Assembly (NCBI RefSeq): GCF_032444005.1
Contig: NC_091291.1
Location: 134,168,001 to 134,232,000, forward strand
DNA length: 64,000 nucleotides
Origin: Ranitomeya imitator
Taxonomy: Eukaryota
Direction: 5' to 3'
Part shown: positions 60,932-64,000 of the stretch, piece by piece
How positions within the stretch are numbered: position 1 is the first letter of the stretch
Layout of the letters: every line of letters starts with the position of its first letter
Notes under the pieces: model-generated
Database searches by the model: none
Seen by the model: the letters and a program-made list of their open reading frames with translations, nothing else
Told to the model about the DNA's origin: nothing
Program-made: the position numbers and the translations under genes

Positions 60932-61755
60932 GTAAGTATCTAATAATTCCTATAAATGAGTTATCCAGCGCCTCTCATGTTACGCGCTGCTGCGGCTGTT
61001 GGCCGTCCGCTAGGACACGTGGAGCTTATGTTCATTGTTATACATTGCCGTTATCCTTTGCAAAAATAAGTTCTGCAGCAGCTAGGGGTATGGTATGTGC
61101 AAATATTGTATAACTGGTTGCATTTGAGCGCAAAAATGTGCGATTGCTATGTACATCTCTATCACTGAGGCGTTGTAATGTGATATGTCACTAAAAGAAA
61201 ACTAGCAGGTTTTAAAGCAAAGGGTTTTGGAGAGGGGAGAAAGTATCTACAGTCTCAGGGAGAGCAGATAAAAAGGGTTACAAAGGAGGAAAGCACTTTA
61301 AGAAGTAGTGAGTGCAGGATAGAAGCTGCGTTGAGGAAATGAAGACTGCAGCACCCTGGACACCCACAGCTCATATTCAACCTGTATTACAGGAAGAGAC
61401 ACTCCTAGAAGAGAAAACCTCGTATTCAGTACTGCTGAAAAAACTGCGGGCAGCATCGAATCCTGACAGCATGATTGCAACCACATATGCTATTCCCTAA
61501 TTTGCTCCTGCTTTTCAGAGAAAATATACTTTGAATGTTTGTATTAATATATCTATGTAGCACCAGCATACACCGCAGCGCTGTGCAGAGTGTCATCACA
61601 GGACTTATATCGCTTCCTGTCCCCATTGGAGCTCACAATCTAAATCCTTTATTGACCGATCAGCCCTATTTCTTGCCGTTACACCCTGTGATATGTGTGG
61701 GCACAGACGACAGCGCAGTTTTACCGCACGTATTATACTTACTCTGTCTCTCTAG

Positions 61756-61844
61756 GGCTGTGTGCAAAAGATTTGGCCTCCATGTTGGGCGTCTGATGTT
61801 GGCGTTCCTTGTCCTCAGCACGGGAATGTTTTGCTCGGCTGCCG
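61756..61844 (+). CDS. ALG9: ALG9 exon 5
   Basis: AVCKRFGLHVGRLMLAFLVLSTGMFCSAA+G; 89 nt, TAG|...|GTAGGT. Confidence 0.96.
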
Positions 61845-62424
61845 GTAGGTGATGATTACATTTTGGATATACCCTCTCTTGGTGCGATGCTTAGCGGGTC
61901 GATTTGCAGGATCCCGGTACAGTGGCCAGGTTAGTAGTCCAGAGCCCTGCAAACCTCCTTCTCCCTGCCAGAATTCCCGGCTCCTCCTCTGATTAGTAGG
62001 GCCGCCATGTGTGACGTAACGCCGAGTCTAATAATCAGAAGAGGTGTCGGGGCTTTGGCCGGAAGGAGGAAGCTTGCAGGTCTCCCACCTGTCCACCACA
62101 GACTAGTGACATGGTCGCTGGAACAGAGTCCTGCAAATTGAAGGTTCAGACGTTGCACATCCGGTGTGGATCATGCGATCGTAGCGTCAGAGCCTGTCGG
62201 TGGCATAAACAGTGGTTAACAGCAGCGATCAGAGCTCGCTCTGGTTGCTGCTGTTAGATGCAGGCGCCTGCTGTAAAACACAAGCTCCAGAGATCACTAG
62301 TCGGGAAGTGATTGAAGGGTTATTCCCATCTTGTGCATTTATGACCTGTCCACCAGTTAGAAGTAAAATCCATTGAATGGTGGATGTGCTGCTTTCCTTA
62401 ATGATTCCTCCTTTCCTCCTGCAG

Positions 62425-62560
62425 CGTACCTCCCCAGCAGTTTCTGCATGTACACCACGCTGATCGCCATGACGGGCTGGTACATGGAGAAGGTCTCGGT
62501 GGCCGTGTTGGGTGTGGCGGCCGGGGCATTTTGGGGCTGGCCTTTTAGCGTAGTACTGGG
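62425..62560 (+). CDS. ALG9: ALG9 exon 6 (gene continues beyond window)
   Basis: (A)YLPSSFCMYTTLIAMTGWYMEKVSVAVLGVAAGAFWGWPFSVVL+GG; 136 nt, CAG|...|GTAAGA. Confidence 0.96.
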
Positions 62561-62839
62561 GTAAGAAACACTCTTACATCTATAATATACTTGTACAAAC
62601 ACTGCTCTCTGGTTTATGTGCAGCAGACTTCATTGTTTCCACACACGCTGTAGCGTATGCTCTGCTATAATAATCCCACACAAGTCCATATGTTCCTTTC
62701 CGTGGATCTGCTGTGTAAGCTCACATTGACTTTTACATCAAACACACAATGGACGTACAGATCTCAGCCCGGCGGTGCCTTTATGGCTTGTGGTGCTCAA
62801 TTAAATTGGGAAGCTAGAAATCCATTAAAGGGGTTAACA

Positions 62840-63730
62840 CACCACCACCGGATAGATCATGTAGGTGACATAGGTGCAAAGCTGACCACTGAGACCACCA
62901 CCAATCACCCACCACCACCAGATAGATGATGTAGGTGACATAGGTACAAAGCTGACCACTGAGACCACCACCGATCACCCACCACCGGATAGATGTAGGT
63001 GACGTCGGTGCAATGCTGACCACTGAGACTACCACCGATCACCCACCACCACCAGATAGATGATGTAGGTGACATAGGTACAAAGCTGACCACTGAGACC
63101 ACCACCGATCACCCACCACCGGATAGATGTAGGTGACGTCGGTGCAAGGCTGACCACTGGGACCACCACTGATCACCCACCACCAGATAGATGATGTAGG
63201 AGACATGGGTGCTAGACTGACCACTGGGACCACCACCGATCACCCAACACCACCGGATAAATGACGTAGGTGACATCTGTGCAAGGCTGACCACTGGGAC
63301 CACCACTGATCACACACCACCACTGGATAGATGATGTAGGTGACATCGGTGCAAGGCTGACCACTGGGACCACCACCGATCACCCACCACCGGATAGATG
63401 ATGTAGGTGACATCGGTGCAAGGCTGACCACTGGGACCACCACCACCGATCACCCAACACCACCGGATAGATGATGTAGGGGACATCGGTGCAAGGCTGA
63501 CCACTTGGACCACCACCGATCACCCACCACCGGATAGATGATGTAGGTGACATCGGTGCAAGGCTGACCACTGGGACCACCACCACCGATCACCCAACAC
63601 CACCGGATAGATGATGTAGGGGACATCGGTGCAAGGCTGACCACTTGGACCACCACCGATCACCCAACACCACTGGATAGGTGATGTAGGTGACATTGGT
63701 GCAAGGCTGACCACTGGGACCACCACTGAT
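62840..63730. repeat. ~67-73-bp tandem repeat (about 13 copies) in ALG9 intron 6
   Basis: Unit approx CACCACCGGATAGATGATGTAGGTGACATCGGTGCAAGGCTGACCACTGGGACCACCACCGATCACC; ORF starts recur every 70 bp. Confidence 0.95.
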
Positions 63731-64000
63731 TCTGGGAATGGCGGTCTTATGTCCCTAGTGTGAATGGAGCAATTGTGCACATACATGAGCACTTCTTCAT
63801 TCAATGTGTGGTCGTGCACGTGTGTCACCCACACCTAGACCCAAAGAAGAGGTCAAGTATTGGTCACTTATAGGCTGTACTGATTAACATAAGGGCACAG
63901 GACCCCTATTCTTGCGATCAATTGGGTTTCCCTGCAGTCGGACCCTCATTAATGAGTCAACAACAAGAACATGTTGAGGTTTTGACTATTTTTGTGTTCT

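Overview
Vertebrate (anuran frog) genomic DNA, inferred from the proteins and the repeat landscape; not prokaryotic and no CRISPR. The window is the reverse of the human 11q23 block. In order it holds: a probable first coding exon of a minus-strand gene (C11orf52-like by position only); CRYAB (+, 3 exons, 172 aa); CFAP68/C11orf1 (-, 3 coding exons plus a non-coding exon 1, 127 aa); FDXACB1 (+, 5 coding exons, 577 aa, head-to-head with CFAP68); and ALG9 exons 1-6 (+, continuing past the window). HSPB2, expected head-to-head just upstream of CRYAB, could not be found. Introns and intergenic DNA are filled with minisatellite arrays (20, 24, 25, 28, 31, 35, 39, ~55, 70, ~90 and ~390 bp units) and transposons. 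These include three Tc1 elements (one with an intact 340-aa DD34E ORF and near-identical ~209-bp TIRs), two solo LTRs with 6-bp TSDs, tandem Helitrons, CR1 3' ends, hAT/Harbinger/T2 MITEs and a 4.5-kb TTAA piggyBac-like element. Nearly all long ORFs in the supplied track are minisatellite artefacts. Gene identities rest on remembered vertebrate protein sequences plus splice-phase consistency; no database search was run.
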